Source: an uncultured Verrucomicrobiota bacterium (GTDB taxonomy: Bacteria; Verrucomicrobiota; Verrucomicrobiia; Limisphaerales; CAIQOK01). From it: a stretch of 64,000 nt of DNA. The position numbers and the translations under genes are program-made. The notes beneath the pieces are model-generated. The model was not told the origin of the DNA. It was given only the letters and a program-made list of their open reading frames with translations, and ran no database searches. Of the stretch, positions 19,158 to 30,326 are shown one piece after another (within the stretch, counting starts at the first letter, position 1; each line of letters begins with the position of its first letter). The stretch is from NCBI GenBank assembly GCA_903873415.1, contig CAIQOK010000158.1:52460-116459 (forward strand). The letters are read 5' to 3'.

Positions 19158-20042
19158 TCAACTCACGAACCGCGGTTCAAACACCGGCCCGGGCACGTGC
19201 TGCCGCAACAGCCCGATAAACCGCTGCAAACCACGCTTCTCCTCGCTGCCCAGATGGTAGTGGATGTGCCAGCCCAGATAATCCCGACGGAAGTCCTCGG
19301 TGAATTCCGTCCGGCCCCGCACAATCTGCTCCAGCGTGTCGAGCCCAAAGGCCTTCGCCTCCACCAGGCGCCGGCGCAACTCCCGGTTCTCAATTCCGCG
19401 CCTCAACGCCCACACAGCAAAGACAAACGGCAGCCCCGTCAACTCCATCCACGCCGACCCCAGATCGAAAATCTCATGCTCATGGGGGCCGAGCAGAAAG
19501 GTCAACGCCGGATCCCCGATCAGCAGCACATGATCGGGCATGATCGCCGGGTCATAACTGGCCAGCGGTTTGAATTCAGGCTTCAGCCCGCGCTCGCCCA
19601 ACAGCACCCTCAAAAGATTCACGCTGGTCAACGAGGCGGGATCACAATAAATCTCGGTGGCTTGCTCAATGGGTTTGCGATGGGCCAGAAAAACACTCTT
19701 CACCTCGCCCAAGGATGCGATGGCCACCCCCTCCAGCACGTCGTAGCAGTCGCTAAAGAGCACCTCTGTCACACTGACCAGCGCCGCGTCCAGATCGCCC
19801 CGGCGCAGGCGCTCGGCCAGCCGGGCGGGCACATCAAATTGAATCTCGCTCTCCAACCCGCGCGTCAGGGGCACGGCATTGAGATACCGGACCGAACCGA
19901 CGCGCAGCGGAGCGAGCGAATTTTCCAAGCCAAGCAAGCGTTCGCGGTTGGCGTTGATTTCCTCGCGCTCGAATCTCCGCGCCAGAACCGATACCGGCTC
20001 CGGGGAGGCCATCCTCAATTTGGGTGTTTCTTCGTCAGACAT
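19158..20042 (-). CDS. mqnA: Chorismate dehydratase-like protein (MqnA, futalosine menaquinone pathway)
   Basis: LRVGSVRYLNAVPL and the overall periplasmic-binding-like fold are typical of MqnA/DUF178. Confidence 0.7.
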   Translation of the reverse strand: MSDEETPKLRMASPEPVSVLARRFEREEINANRERLLGLENSLAPLRVGSVRYLNAVPLTRGLESEIQFDVPARLAERLRRGDLDAALVSVTEVLFSDCYDVLEGVAIASLGEVKSVFLAHRKPIEQATEIYCDPASLTSVNLLRVLLGERGLKPEFKPLASYDPAIMPDHVLLIGDPALTFLLGPHEHEIFDLGSAWMELTGLPFVFAVWALRRGIENRELRRRLVEAKAFGLDTLEQIVRGRTEFTEDFRRDYLGWHIHYHLGSEEKRGLQRFIGLLRQHVPGPVFEPRFVS

Positions 20043-20319
20043 GAAAAAAGGACCGCAAAAGGACTGTCGCCCTCAGCCCCGAATCGAACGGAAGGACATC
20101 AGCCGCCCCCGGTCGTGATGAGCCGGAACTGAATTTCTTTTTCAGGAGCCATGCAGCGGCCTGTCCGGGTCGCAGCCCAGACTTTGGGTGCGGACGCATT
20201 CAAAGTCCATCCGAATTTGGGGCGCGGGCCGGCCGGCCGATGCTTTTACTCTTGCGATTACAAAGCATTCTTTGTCAGCTTGACAGCAGTCAGATCAACT
20301 GATCCCAATACAATCACTC

Positions 20320-21036
20320 ATGAGCCGCGAAGCAATCGAAATGAATGTCGAGTCTGTCACCGTGGAGGCGGCAGACACCAAGACCATACGCCTGACCTGG
20401 CCCGAGGGGCACAACCCCGAATTCAAGACCGGTCAGTTCATCACCTGCAACTGGCCGGACGAGCCCTCCTACCGGCGCGCCTATTCACTTTCCTCCTGCG
20501 CCTTGGACCGCGGCTTCTACGAATTCACCGTGCGGCGCGACGGCAAGATGGGGACCCGGCTGGTGGACTGGATCAAGCCCACTCAAAAGCTGGTGGTTTT
20601 GCCGCCGGCGGGCAGGTTTCTGCCGGTGTATGAACCGCAAAAGCACCTGATCTGCATGGCCGGCGGTTCCGGGGTCACCCCCTTCCGCGGCTTCGTGCGG
20701 GAGGCCACCCGCCAAAAACTGGAAACGAAAATCACCGTTCTCTACAGCGTGCGCACACCCAAAGACATCATTTTCAACAGCGAATTCCTCCAGCTGGCCC
20801 GGGAAAACCCCCGTTTCACTTTCGCCGTCACCTGCACCCGCGCCCAACCCGCAGACCAATGGAGCGGCCGCAGCGGGCGGATCGACGCCGAGTGGGTTAG
20901 ACAGCAGGTCGGGGATTCGGCCGAGACGATCTTCTATGCCTGCGGCCCGACGCCTCTGGTGGAATTTGCCGAACATATCGTCCTGAACGATCTGGGCGTG
21001 ACCAAGGCGCAAATGAAGACGGAGAAGTGGGGCTGA
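20320..21036 (+). CDS. Ferredoxin-NADP reductase-like FAD/NAD(P)-binding oxidoreductase
   Basis: RAYSLSS (RxYS FAD motif), MAGGSGVTP (NAD(P) motif) and a C-terminal YACGP. Confidence 0.8.
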   Translation: MSREAIEMNVESVTVEAADTKTIRLTWPEGHNPEFKTGQFITCNWPDEPSYRRAYSLSSCALDRGFYEFTVRRDGKMGTRLVDWIKPTQKLVVLPPAGRFLPVYEPQKHLICMAGGSGVTPFRGFVREATRQKLETKITVLYSVRTPKDIIFNSEFLQLARENPRFTFAVTCTRAQPADQWSGRSGRIDAEWVRQQVGDSAETIFYACGPTPLVEFAEHIVLNDLGVTKAQMKTEKWG

Positions 21037-21076
21037 AGTTTCCGCCCCCCCGGTCTCGCCGCCACCTCTTTGATAC

Positions 21077-21107
21077 AAGCCGGTCTGAAGACCGGCTTTC
21101 CTTTTTT
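21077..21107 (+). terminator. Rho-independent terminator of the FNR-like gene
   Basis: Perfect 9-bp stem AAGCCGGTC / GACCGGCTT with loop TGAA, followed by TCCTTTTTT. Confidence 0.75.
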
Positions 21108-21193
21108 ATAACAGTCTCGCCGCCCTCATGTGCCGTTTGCCCCTCCGGGACAGGCGGCGGATCACGCAAGACATCCGGACCTTTTTCGCGCAT

Positions 21194-21228
21194 AAAAAAA
21201 CCCGCAAGCCGGGGCTTGCGGGTTTTTA
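21194..21228. terminator. Bidirectional rho-independent terminator (serves rpsR on the minus strand)
   Basis: A7 run, 9-10 bp GC stem CCCGCAAGC / GCTTGCGGG with a 4-nt loop, then T5. Read on the minus strand it is followed by T7. Confidence 0.8.
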
Positions 21229-21248
21229 AAAGGGTCGGTGAACGGAAC

Positions 21249-21515
21249 TCACTTCATCAGCAACATCTGACGGGCCCGCTTGATGGCCAGGTTGAGGCGG
21301 CGCTGATAGTGGGCCGGCAGGCCGGTGTATTTGCGCGGCAGGATGCGGCCCTGATCGGTCACAAACTGCTTGAGCAGATTCACGTTCTTGAAGTCGAGGG
21401 AATCAACGGTGAAATCGATTTTCGGTTTCGGGCGCGGCGTGCGGCGCTCGGTCATCGTGCTGCGGCTGCGGCCACCGCGACTGTCGGACTTGTCGTTGTT
21501 GGTTTTGCGAGGCAT
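21249..21515 (-). CDS. rpsR: 30S ribosomal protein S18
   Basis: FKNVNLLKQFVTDQGRILPRKYTGLPAHYQRRLNLAIKRARQMLLM. Contains no cysteines. Confidence 0.95.
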   Translation of the reverse strand: MPRKTNNDKSDSRGGRSRSTMTERRTPRPKPKIDFTVDSLDFKNVNLLKQFVTDQGRILPRKYTGLPAHYQRRLNLAIKRARQMLLMK

Positions 21516-21520
21516 ATGAA

Positions 21521-21688
21521 CTACTTGATTTCGCGGTGGAGGGTGTGGCGGCGCAAGGCAGGATTATACTTGCGGATTTCCAGCTTCTCCGTCTTGAGTT
21601 TTTTGTTCCGCGTGGTGGTGTAACGCGAAGGGGATTTACCCTCCTTGCGCGCTTCCGTGCATTCAATGGTGATGATTTCCCGTGACAT
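21521..21688 (-). CDS. rpmG: 50S ribosomal protein L33 (Cys-poor form)
   Basis: Not in the ORF track because it is only 55 aa. My translation is [62 protein letters not shown] and LEIRKY...H..H are L33 hallmarks. Only 1 of the 4 zinc-ribbon Cys positions is retained. Confidence 0.9.
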   Translation of the reverse strand: MSREIITIECTEARKEGKSPSRYTTTRNKKLKTEKLEIRKYNPALRRHTLHREIK

Positions 21689-21694
21689 AAATGA

Positions 21695-22270
21695 TTATTC
21701 TTTTTCTTTAACCTTCTCTTCCGGCTCCTCGTCTTCGTTGTCCGACTCGGCGGCCCCGGGGGAGTCAACCGATCCAAGCTGCCCTAGGCGCCGCTGCCGC
21801 AGGGCGCCATCGCGCTCCAGCTGGGCTTGAGCCTGCACCGTGAAACGAGTCCAAGGAATGGCCTCCAGCCGGGCGCGGGGAATGGGCTTGGCGGTCAGTT
21901 CGCACACCCCGTAGGTGTTTTTCTCGATCCGCTTGAGCGCCTCCTCAATCTCGTAGATGGCGTCCTGATCCGCCGAGAGCAGGCTCAGGGCGAAATCACG
22001 GTCGAAATTGTCGGTGCCAGAGTCGGCCATGTGCAGGCTGTAGCCAGCCATTTCTTGGGCGGATTCCTTGGCAAGACCGCTCATCTGCTTGAGAAGCTGA
22101 TCGCGCAACTCGAGGAGGCGCTGATGAAACTTCTGCCATTCCGGCTTGATCTTCTGGGGGATATAGCCCCGACTCGATTCGGTCGAGCGGCCAAGAATGG
22201 AAGCAAGTGTGGCGGGCGCGGCTACTTTGCCGCGAACGGCCGGCTTCACAGTTTTTTTCTTTTCGGTCAC
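21695..22270 (-). CDS. DksA/TraR-family regulator lacking the C4 zinc finger
   Basis: Coiled-coil region, then YGVCELTAKPIPRARLEAIPWTRFTVQAQ, which aligns with DksA CxxC-x17-CxxC but keeps only the first Cys. Start is uncertain: GTG at 22270 (MTEKKKTVKP) or TTG at 22366. Confidence 0.7.
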   Translation of the reverse strand: MTEKKKTVKPAVRGKVAAPATLASILGRSTESSRGYIPQKIKPEWQKFHQRLLELRDQLLKQMSGLAKESAQEMAGYSLHMADSGTDNFDRDFALSLLSADQDAIYEIEEALKRIEKNTYGVCELTAKPIPRARLEAIPWTRFTVQAQAQLERDGALRQRRLGQLGSVDSPGAAESDNEDEEPEEKVKEKE

Positions 22271-22507
22271 AAAATTATTCAATTCCTGTCGTTTCCCGCC
22301 CGGAGCCGGGAGCTCCCTTGGCTTGGGAGTGTGCGAATGTAGCAAAGCAGACTGAATACGCCACAAAAATTTTCAAATAATTCCGGCCCCGCAACCGCGC
22401 GTCCCGCCCTTCACAACATTGCGTTGCGCTCCCATCCCGCCTGTGCTTCTATGATCGTGCGACTCGTTCATGGCCGGTGTGCCCGTGTCAGCGATTATTA
22501 AAGTCTT

Positions 22508-22927
22508 ATGCAAACTACAATTGAATCCAGTCTGGTGACCCAGAAAACCAAGGAGCTTTGCCAGGCCATCCTCGACCAACCCAATCTGCGCTCCGCCCGC
22601 CAGAACATTGAACGCTTCATGGCCGACTCCACCACGCGCGCCCAATACGAGGCCGTGGTAGCCAAAGGCCAGGAACTCCAGCAGCGCCAGCAGGGCGCCC
22701 AGCCCCTCAACGGCAATGAAATCTCCGCCTTTGAGCAATCGCGCGAGGCCCTCATGAACAACCCCGTGGCCCGCGGATTCATCGACGCCCAGGAAGAATT
22801 CCACGACGTCCATGAGGCCATCAACAAATCCGTCTCAAAAACCCTCGAACTGGGCCGCCTGCCCCAGGAGAGCGATTTCGAGTCGGAATCCTGCGGCACC
22901 GGCTGCGGCTGCCATCACGAACACTAA
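22508..22927 (+). CDS. YlbF/YmcA-like (DUF964) protein with a C-terminal Cys/His tail
   Basis: ATG at 22508. Helical protein with the ALMNNPVARGFIDAQEEF pattern of the YlbF family, ending in ESCGTGCGCHHEH. Confidence 0.65.
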   Translation: MQTTIESSLVTQKTKELCQAILDQPNLRSARQNIERFMADSTTRAQYEAVVAKGQELQQRQQGAQPLNGNEISAFEQSREALMNNPVARGFIDAQEEFHDVHEAINKSVSKTLELGRLPQESDFESESCGTGCGCHHEH

Positions 22928-22951
22928 GACCGGCGCGACATGCGACTGGAA

Positions 22952-22982
22952 AGCCCGCCAGCAACCGCCGGCGGGCTTTTTT
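22952..22982 (+). terminator. Rho-independent terminator of the YlbF-like gene
   Basis: 8-bp stem AGCCCGCC / GGCGGGCT with a 10-nt loop, followed by T6. Confidence 0.65.
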
Positions 22983-23143
22983 GTTTCGCTCTTCCCAGAA
23001 AAACCGCCTTCTCCGAACATCCCGCCGCACGCCGCCCACCAGCCAATCAGTCAGGTCGGAAACACGGGTTGGCTTGAGACATTGATCCGGAGAAGAATGG
23101 AGGGGCGCAGTTGAAAAAACGCAGCGAAGAAAACAAGACAGCC

Positions 23144-24520
23144 ATGAAGATTAGTATTTTTACATTGGGACTCATGACAGCGGTGTTGGGGGGCGGGCAC
23201 CCGACCTGGGCCACCGAGGGAGGCGGCGCAAAGGCCCCGATCGACACCCTGCCCAGACCGACCGCCCAGCAGGCCCGCTGGCAGGACTATGAGATCGGGG
23301 TTTTCTACCACTACGATGTGAATGCATTCCTGCCCGGGTGGAATCACCGCATGTATGACAACTTTCCGAAGTCGGAAATATTCAATCCCACCAACTTGAG
23401 CGTCCGGCAGTGGATGGAGGTGCCGAAGGCACTTGGGGCTAAATACGCGATTCTGACAGCCACGCACGGCAGCGGGTTCATGCTCTGGCAAAGCGATGCC
23501 TACGCCTATGGCCTGAAACAATCGCCCTGGAGGAACGGCAAAGGCGACATCGTTCAGGAATTTGTGGACAACTGCCGCAAAGTCGGAGTGGATCCCGGAC
23601 TCTATTGCCACATGCGTGTCAACGGCTGGTGGCAGGCCGATCATCCCGGCTTCATCAACCGCGGCAAGGGCGGCGACGACGTGCTCCAAGCCAAATACGC
23701 CGCGGCCAAAATCAAGCAGGCGGAGGAATTATGGGGCAACTATGGTCGACTGGCTGAAATCTGGTTTGACGGCGGAATGCCCGCACCCACAGCCGGGTAT
23801 GACGTGCTGCCCCTTGCCAAAAAACTCCAGCCCAAGGCGGTTGTCAATGGCGGCGGGAACTGCCCGGTGGAAACAATCCGTTGGATTGGCGGCGAGTCCG
23901 GCAGGACCAGCTACCCGTGCTGGGCAACCGGCGATGGAATCTTCGACGCCAAGCGCGGTTCCCCCGCCGGCACGAACTGGTGCCCCGGCGAAGCGGATGT
24001 GGACATGTTGGGCGGCAGTTGGATGTGGCAACCAGACTCGGACGCAAAACTTCACAGCCTCAAACAACTGATGGAAATTTATTACGGGTCGGTCGGCAAC
24101 AACTGCAACCTCTTGATCAATGCCGCACCAGGTCCGGACGGCTTGATTCCTGAGGCGCAACTCAAACGATTCCAGGAATTCGGGGCGGAGATCCGGCGCC
24201 GATTCGGCAAGAGTCTGGCTGAAACCTCCGGTCAAGGCGCCAGGCTCGAACTTAAATTGCCCAAACCTCACACAATCGACCATGTCATGGTTATGGAGAA
24301 AATCACCGGAGGCGAACGCGTCCGCGAGTATGTGATTGATGGAATGGTCGATGGGCAATGGCAGAAGATTGGAGCCGGCACCTGTGTCGGCCACAAGCGG
24401 ATCGAGCGGATTACGCCAGTGATTGTCACGGCGGTGCGGCTGAATGTGATCAAGAGCATCGGCACACCGCTTATCCGAAAACTGGCGGTCTACGACACCG
24501 GCACTGCCGAAAGCCATTAA
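23144..24520 (+). CDS. Alpha-L-fucosidase (GH29) with a C-terminal F5/8-type-C-like domain
   Basis: ATG at 23144 gives the signal peptide MKISIFTLGLMTAVLGG. KYAILTATHGSGFMLWQS and EIWFDGG are GH29-like. The C-terminal beta-sandwich (VREYVIDGMVDGQWQKI) is as in many GH29 enzymes. Confidence 0.85.
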   Translation: MKISIFTLGLMTAVLGGGHPTWATEGGGAKAPIDTLPRPTAQQARWQDYEIGVFYHYDVNAFLPGWNHRMYDNFPKSEIFNPTNLSVRQWMEVPKALGAKYAILTATHGSGFMLWQSDAYAYGLKQSPWRNGKGDIVQEFVDNCRKVGVDPGLYCHMRVNGWWQADHPGFINRGKGGDDVLQAKYAAAKIKQAEELWGNYGRLAEIWFDGGMPAPTAGYDVLPLAKKLQPKAVVNGGGNCPVETIRWIGGESGRTSYPCWATGDGIFDAKRGSPAGTNWCPGEADVDMLGGSWMWQPDSDAKLHSLKQLMEIYYGSVGNNCNLLINAAPGPDGLIPEAQLKRFQEFGAEIRRRFGKSLAETSGQGARLELKLPKPHTIDHVMVMEKITGGERVREYVIDGMVDGQWQKIGAGTCVGHKRIERITPVIVTAVRLNVIKSIGTPLIRKLAVYDTGTAESH

Positions 24521-24543
24521 GAGTTCCACCCGGGATTGAGGCT

Positions 24544-24992
24544 ATGAACAGGGCGGAGAAATATGAATACTTTGCCGGTCTCGCCTCCGGCGGGAAGGCC
24601 CGGTAGTCGCGGGATTTCACAAAGCTCCAACCCCTGGCCGCCTGGCCTGACAACACGGGCTGCGTGACCATGAACTACGATGCTCCTCTCAAAAACATCT
24701 GATGTGCGTCACGGATCTAGGAACGACGGTAGGTTCATTAAACACCTAACTCCTCGAATCCTCCAGTGTGACCGGACCCTTTAGACTGGTCACCTATCTC
24801 AAAGCATTCGGTGGGCAGGCTTATTTTGTGAACATCCCCTCCAAATTCATCAGCGCCGATGGACGCGCACTCTGGCTGTATGATGCGGCAAACTTCACAA
24901 CCGTCTGGAAAGGTGCCAAACTCCAGCAAAACCCGCCCGGCAGCCGCTACGCAATGTGCCTCCAAGAAGTCAGCCTGCTCCATCGCCCCTAG
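24544..24992 (+). pseudogene. Decayed remnant of a protein-coding gene (broken by stops and a frameshift)
   Basis: Protein-like translation MNRAEKYEYFAGLASGGKAR-TAG(24604)-SRDFTKLQPLAAWPDNTGCVTMNYDAPLKNI-TGA(24700). After a frame change it continues ...GPFRLVTYLKAFGGQAYFVNIPSKFISADGRALWLYDAANFT...RYAMCLQEVSLL-stop(24992). Local GC is ~50%. Confidence 0.45.
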
Positions 24993-25059
24993 CCATTCAA
25001 ACTTCAAATAACTCACCGGAGGTATTTGCCTCTGGTTGGCACACTGTTATTCTCACCCC

Positions 25060-28137
<3,078 letters not shown>

Positions 28138-28146
28138 TCATCCCGG

Positions 28147-28190
28147 AAAAAATCTCCCCGCTGCCGCAGGCGGCATCGGGGAGATTTTCT
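28147..28190 (+). terminator. Rho-independent terminator of the esterase-GH2 gene
   Basis: Perfect 10-bp stem AATCTCCCCG (28151-28160) / CGGGGAGATT (28177-28186), with an A-run before and TTTTCT after. Confidence 0.85.
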
Positions 28191-28471
28191 TAAGAGACAA
28201 CTTGTCCAGATGAGGAATCCGGCTGTTTTAAGGAGGTAATGCGCGGCATGATTCGCCGCTCGAATATCGCCACAAATCCTTTCCCGGGAGGATTCTCAAC
28301 GGACGCCCCGGGCATCTGGCCAGTGAAGGCAAGGATGAGATTTCGTCGGACACCTTGGCGGCTACCTGGCCGCGTGGAGCGGATTGCCCAACCGCTATCC
28401 AGCGATAACGCGACCTGATTGAAAAAACGCGGTGGTAGGGCGGGCAGTCCGCTCCACGCCGCTGGCTATCA

Positions 28472-28630
28472 ACCCGCGTTTCTATCGCACCGGGACAGCG
28501 CGCACGGAGTGACGCGCCCTACCTGTTTGCTTCAGACCCATCCGATAGACGCCCGGTTGCGACATCAGAAAATTGCGGTTTTCGGGTTCAAACTCACGGC
28601 CGCGTGCGGCTTCGAAAAAAACCGCAGTCC
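28472..28630. repeat. Intergenic structured repeat, copy B (partner at 5424-5632)
   Basis: See copy A. Its helix pairs 28575-28585 with 28614-28627. Just upstream is an imperfect ~20-nt inverted repeat, GGTAGGGGCGGGCAGTCCG (28434-28453) versus CGGAGTGACGCGCCCTACC (28505-28524). Confidence 0.6.
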
Positions 28631-28646
28631 CGCTGCAAAGGGACTC
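28616..28646 (-). terminator. Probable rho-independent terminator of the UDP-sugar dehydrogenase gene
   Basis: On the minus strand: AGTCCC-TTTGCAGC-GGGACT, then GCGG and T7 (plus-strand A-run 28616-28622). It lies 22 nt after the stop codon. Confidence 0.6.
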
Positions 28647-28667
28647 CATGGCTTTCCTCACCGTTGG

Positions 28668-29954
28668 TCACGCCTTCCAAATCCGGCATGCGGCATCGGC
28701 GATGCCGCTCATGGCATTGCGGGTATCCACAATGCAGCGAGACCACCGGGCCAGCTCGGCATAGTTCACATTGCTGTGCTTGGTGGCGATAAGCACCAGA
28801 TCGTAACTTTCCAAGATGCCCCGCTCCCACGCCACCGAACGAGTCCCGGCCCATTGCGCATGCTCCCGGGTCGGCCGGATCACCGGCACGTATGGATCGT
28901 GGTAATCCACCGCGGCACCCCGCTGCTTGAGCATTTCCATCAGGACATAGCTGGGCGACTCGCGCTCATCGTCCACATCGGACTTGTATGCCAGACCCAC
29001 GACGAGGATCCGGCTGCCCTTGACGGATTTGGTGTCATGGTTGAGGGCCTCGGCCACGCGATGCACGACGTATTCGGGCATGGCGGTGTTCACCTCGCCG
29101 GCCAGCTCGATGAACTTGGTATGCTGTCCATATTCCCGCGCCTTCCACGTGAGATAAAACGGATCGATCGGAATGCAATGCCCCCCCAGACCCGGCCCGG
29201 GATAAAAGGCCATGAATCCGAAGGGCTTGGTTTTCGCCGCATTGATCACTTCCCAGACATCGATTCCCATGGCCTCGTAGACGACCTTCAATTCATTGAC
29301 CAGAGCGATGTTGACGGCGCGGAAGGTGTTCTCCAGCAGCTTGGTAGCTTCAGCGGCGCGGCAGGAGGAAACCGGCACCAGAGTGCGGATGGCATGCGAA
29401 TAAAGAGACACTGCCCGCTCCAAACACGCCGGCGTCAATCCCCCAACCACCTTGGGGATGATCGCCACCTTGCTGTCAGGGTTGCCCGGATCCTCGCGTT
29501 CGGGTGAAAAGGCCAGATGAAAATCCTCTCCCGCCCTCAGGCCCGACACCGACTCAAGCACGCCGCGCAGGTCCTCGTCGGTGGTGCCTGGATAGGTGGT
29601 GGACTCCAGAACAACCAAAACGCCCTTTTGCAAATGGGGCGCTATGCTTCGCCCGGTGTCCAGTATGTAGGATATGTCCGGCTCGCGATTCTTGTTGAGC
29701 GGGGTGGGCACACAGATGATCACCGCCTCCACTTCCTTGACACGGCGGAAATCGACCGAGGCGGAAAAGCGCCCGTTGGCGACATGCTCCTGAATCGACT
29801 GGGCGCTGATGTGTTTGATATAACTGCGCCCCTGCCCAAGCTCCTCCACCTTTCCAGGATCAATGTCCAAGCCCAGCACCGTGACGCCGGAGCGGGCGAA
29901 TTGAAGGGACAACGGAAGACCTACATAACCGAGACCGATGATGGCTATTTTCAT
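28668..29954 (-). CDS. Nucleotide-sugar 6-dehydrogenase (UDP-N-acetyl-hexosamine dehydrogenase, WbpA/WecC/TviB-like)
   Basis: MKIAIIGLGYVGLPLSLQFA, SPEREDPGN and GGHCIPIDP are hallmarks of the UDP-glucose/GDP-mannose dehydrogenase family. Confidence 0.9.
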   Translation of the reverse strand: MKIAIIGLGYVGLPLSLQFARSGVTVLGLDIDPGKVEELGQGRSYIKHISAQSIQEHVANGRFSASVDFRRVKEVEAVIICVPTPLNKNREPDISYILDTGRSIAPHLQKGVLVVLESTTYPGTTDEDLRGVLESVSGLRAGEDFHLAFSPEREDPGNPDSKVAIIPKVVGGLTPACLERAVSLYSHAIRTLVPVSSCRAAEATKLLENTFRAVNIALVNELKVVYEAMGIDVWEVINAAKTKPFGFMAFYPGPGLGGHCIPIDPFYLTWKAREYGQHTKFIELAGEVNTAMPEYVVHRVAEALNHDTKSVKGSRILVVGLAYKSDVDDERESPSYVLMEMLKQRGAAVDYHDPYVPVIRPTREHAQWAGTRSVAWERGILESYDLVLIATKHSNVNYAELARWSRCIVDTRNAMSGIADAACRIWKA

Positions 29955-30257
29955 TTGTTCTTTGGGTGTGCGTTTTATTTTATCCTGAAACCCCTAAACT
30001 CATCCATGGAGGGCAACTGCCCGGGTTTAAAGTCTGTTCCACACCCGCACTTGTCCGCAGAGTTTCCATTCCAAACCCGGACACAGGGTTTGCTCCAGCC
30101 TGCGCGCTCCGCGTGCCTGCCAAGTTTCAAACACCCTAAACGAGTGGACCGCCTCCTTGAAATCCAAAAGTCCCTCCCGGGCCGGTTTTACCCACCCGCT
30201 CCGCCCCTTTTATTGCATGGCATTGGGATAATACCGAAACCGGGGCGGGCGGTCCCG

Positions 30258-30295
30258 CTGAACAAGAGGGGCAGCATCTTCGGGATGCCGCCCCT
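30258..30295 (-). terminator. Probable terminator of the VPDSG-CTERM gene
   Basis: 12-bp stem 30267-30278 / 30284-30295. It is fully paired only when read as minus-strand RNA (the single A-C mismatch on plus becomes a G-U pair). Followed on the minus strand by CUUGUUC. Confidence 0.55.
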
Positions 30296-30326
30296 GATTT
30301 CCAACAAGAACCCGGTGACGGGTGCC

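Noticed and set aside
16439-20132. Plus-strand ORFs 16439-17482, 18235-18945 and 19134-20132, opposite lipA, gcvT and mqnA
   Set aside because: They lie opposite unambiguous housekeeping genes and are compositional artefacts.
20273-20285. TGTCA-GCT-TGACA inverted repeat in the mqnA/FNR-like divergent promoter region
   Set aside because: 5-bp arms are far too short to be significant without comparative support.
28419-29507. 362-aa plus-strand ORF starting in the repeat element and running antisense to the UDP-sugar dehydrogenase
   Set aside because: Its N-terminus (GRAGSPLHAA...GVTRPT) is just the translated repeat, and the rest is a shadow of the dehydrogenase gene.
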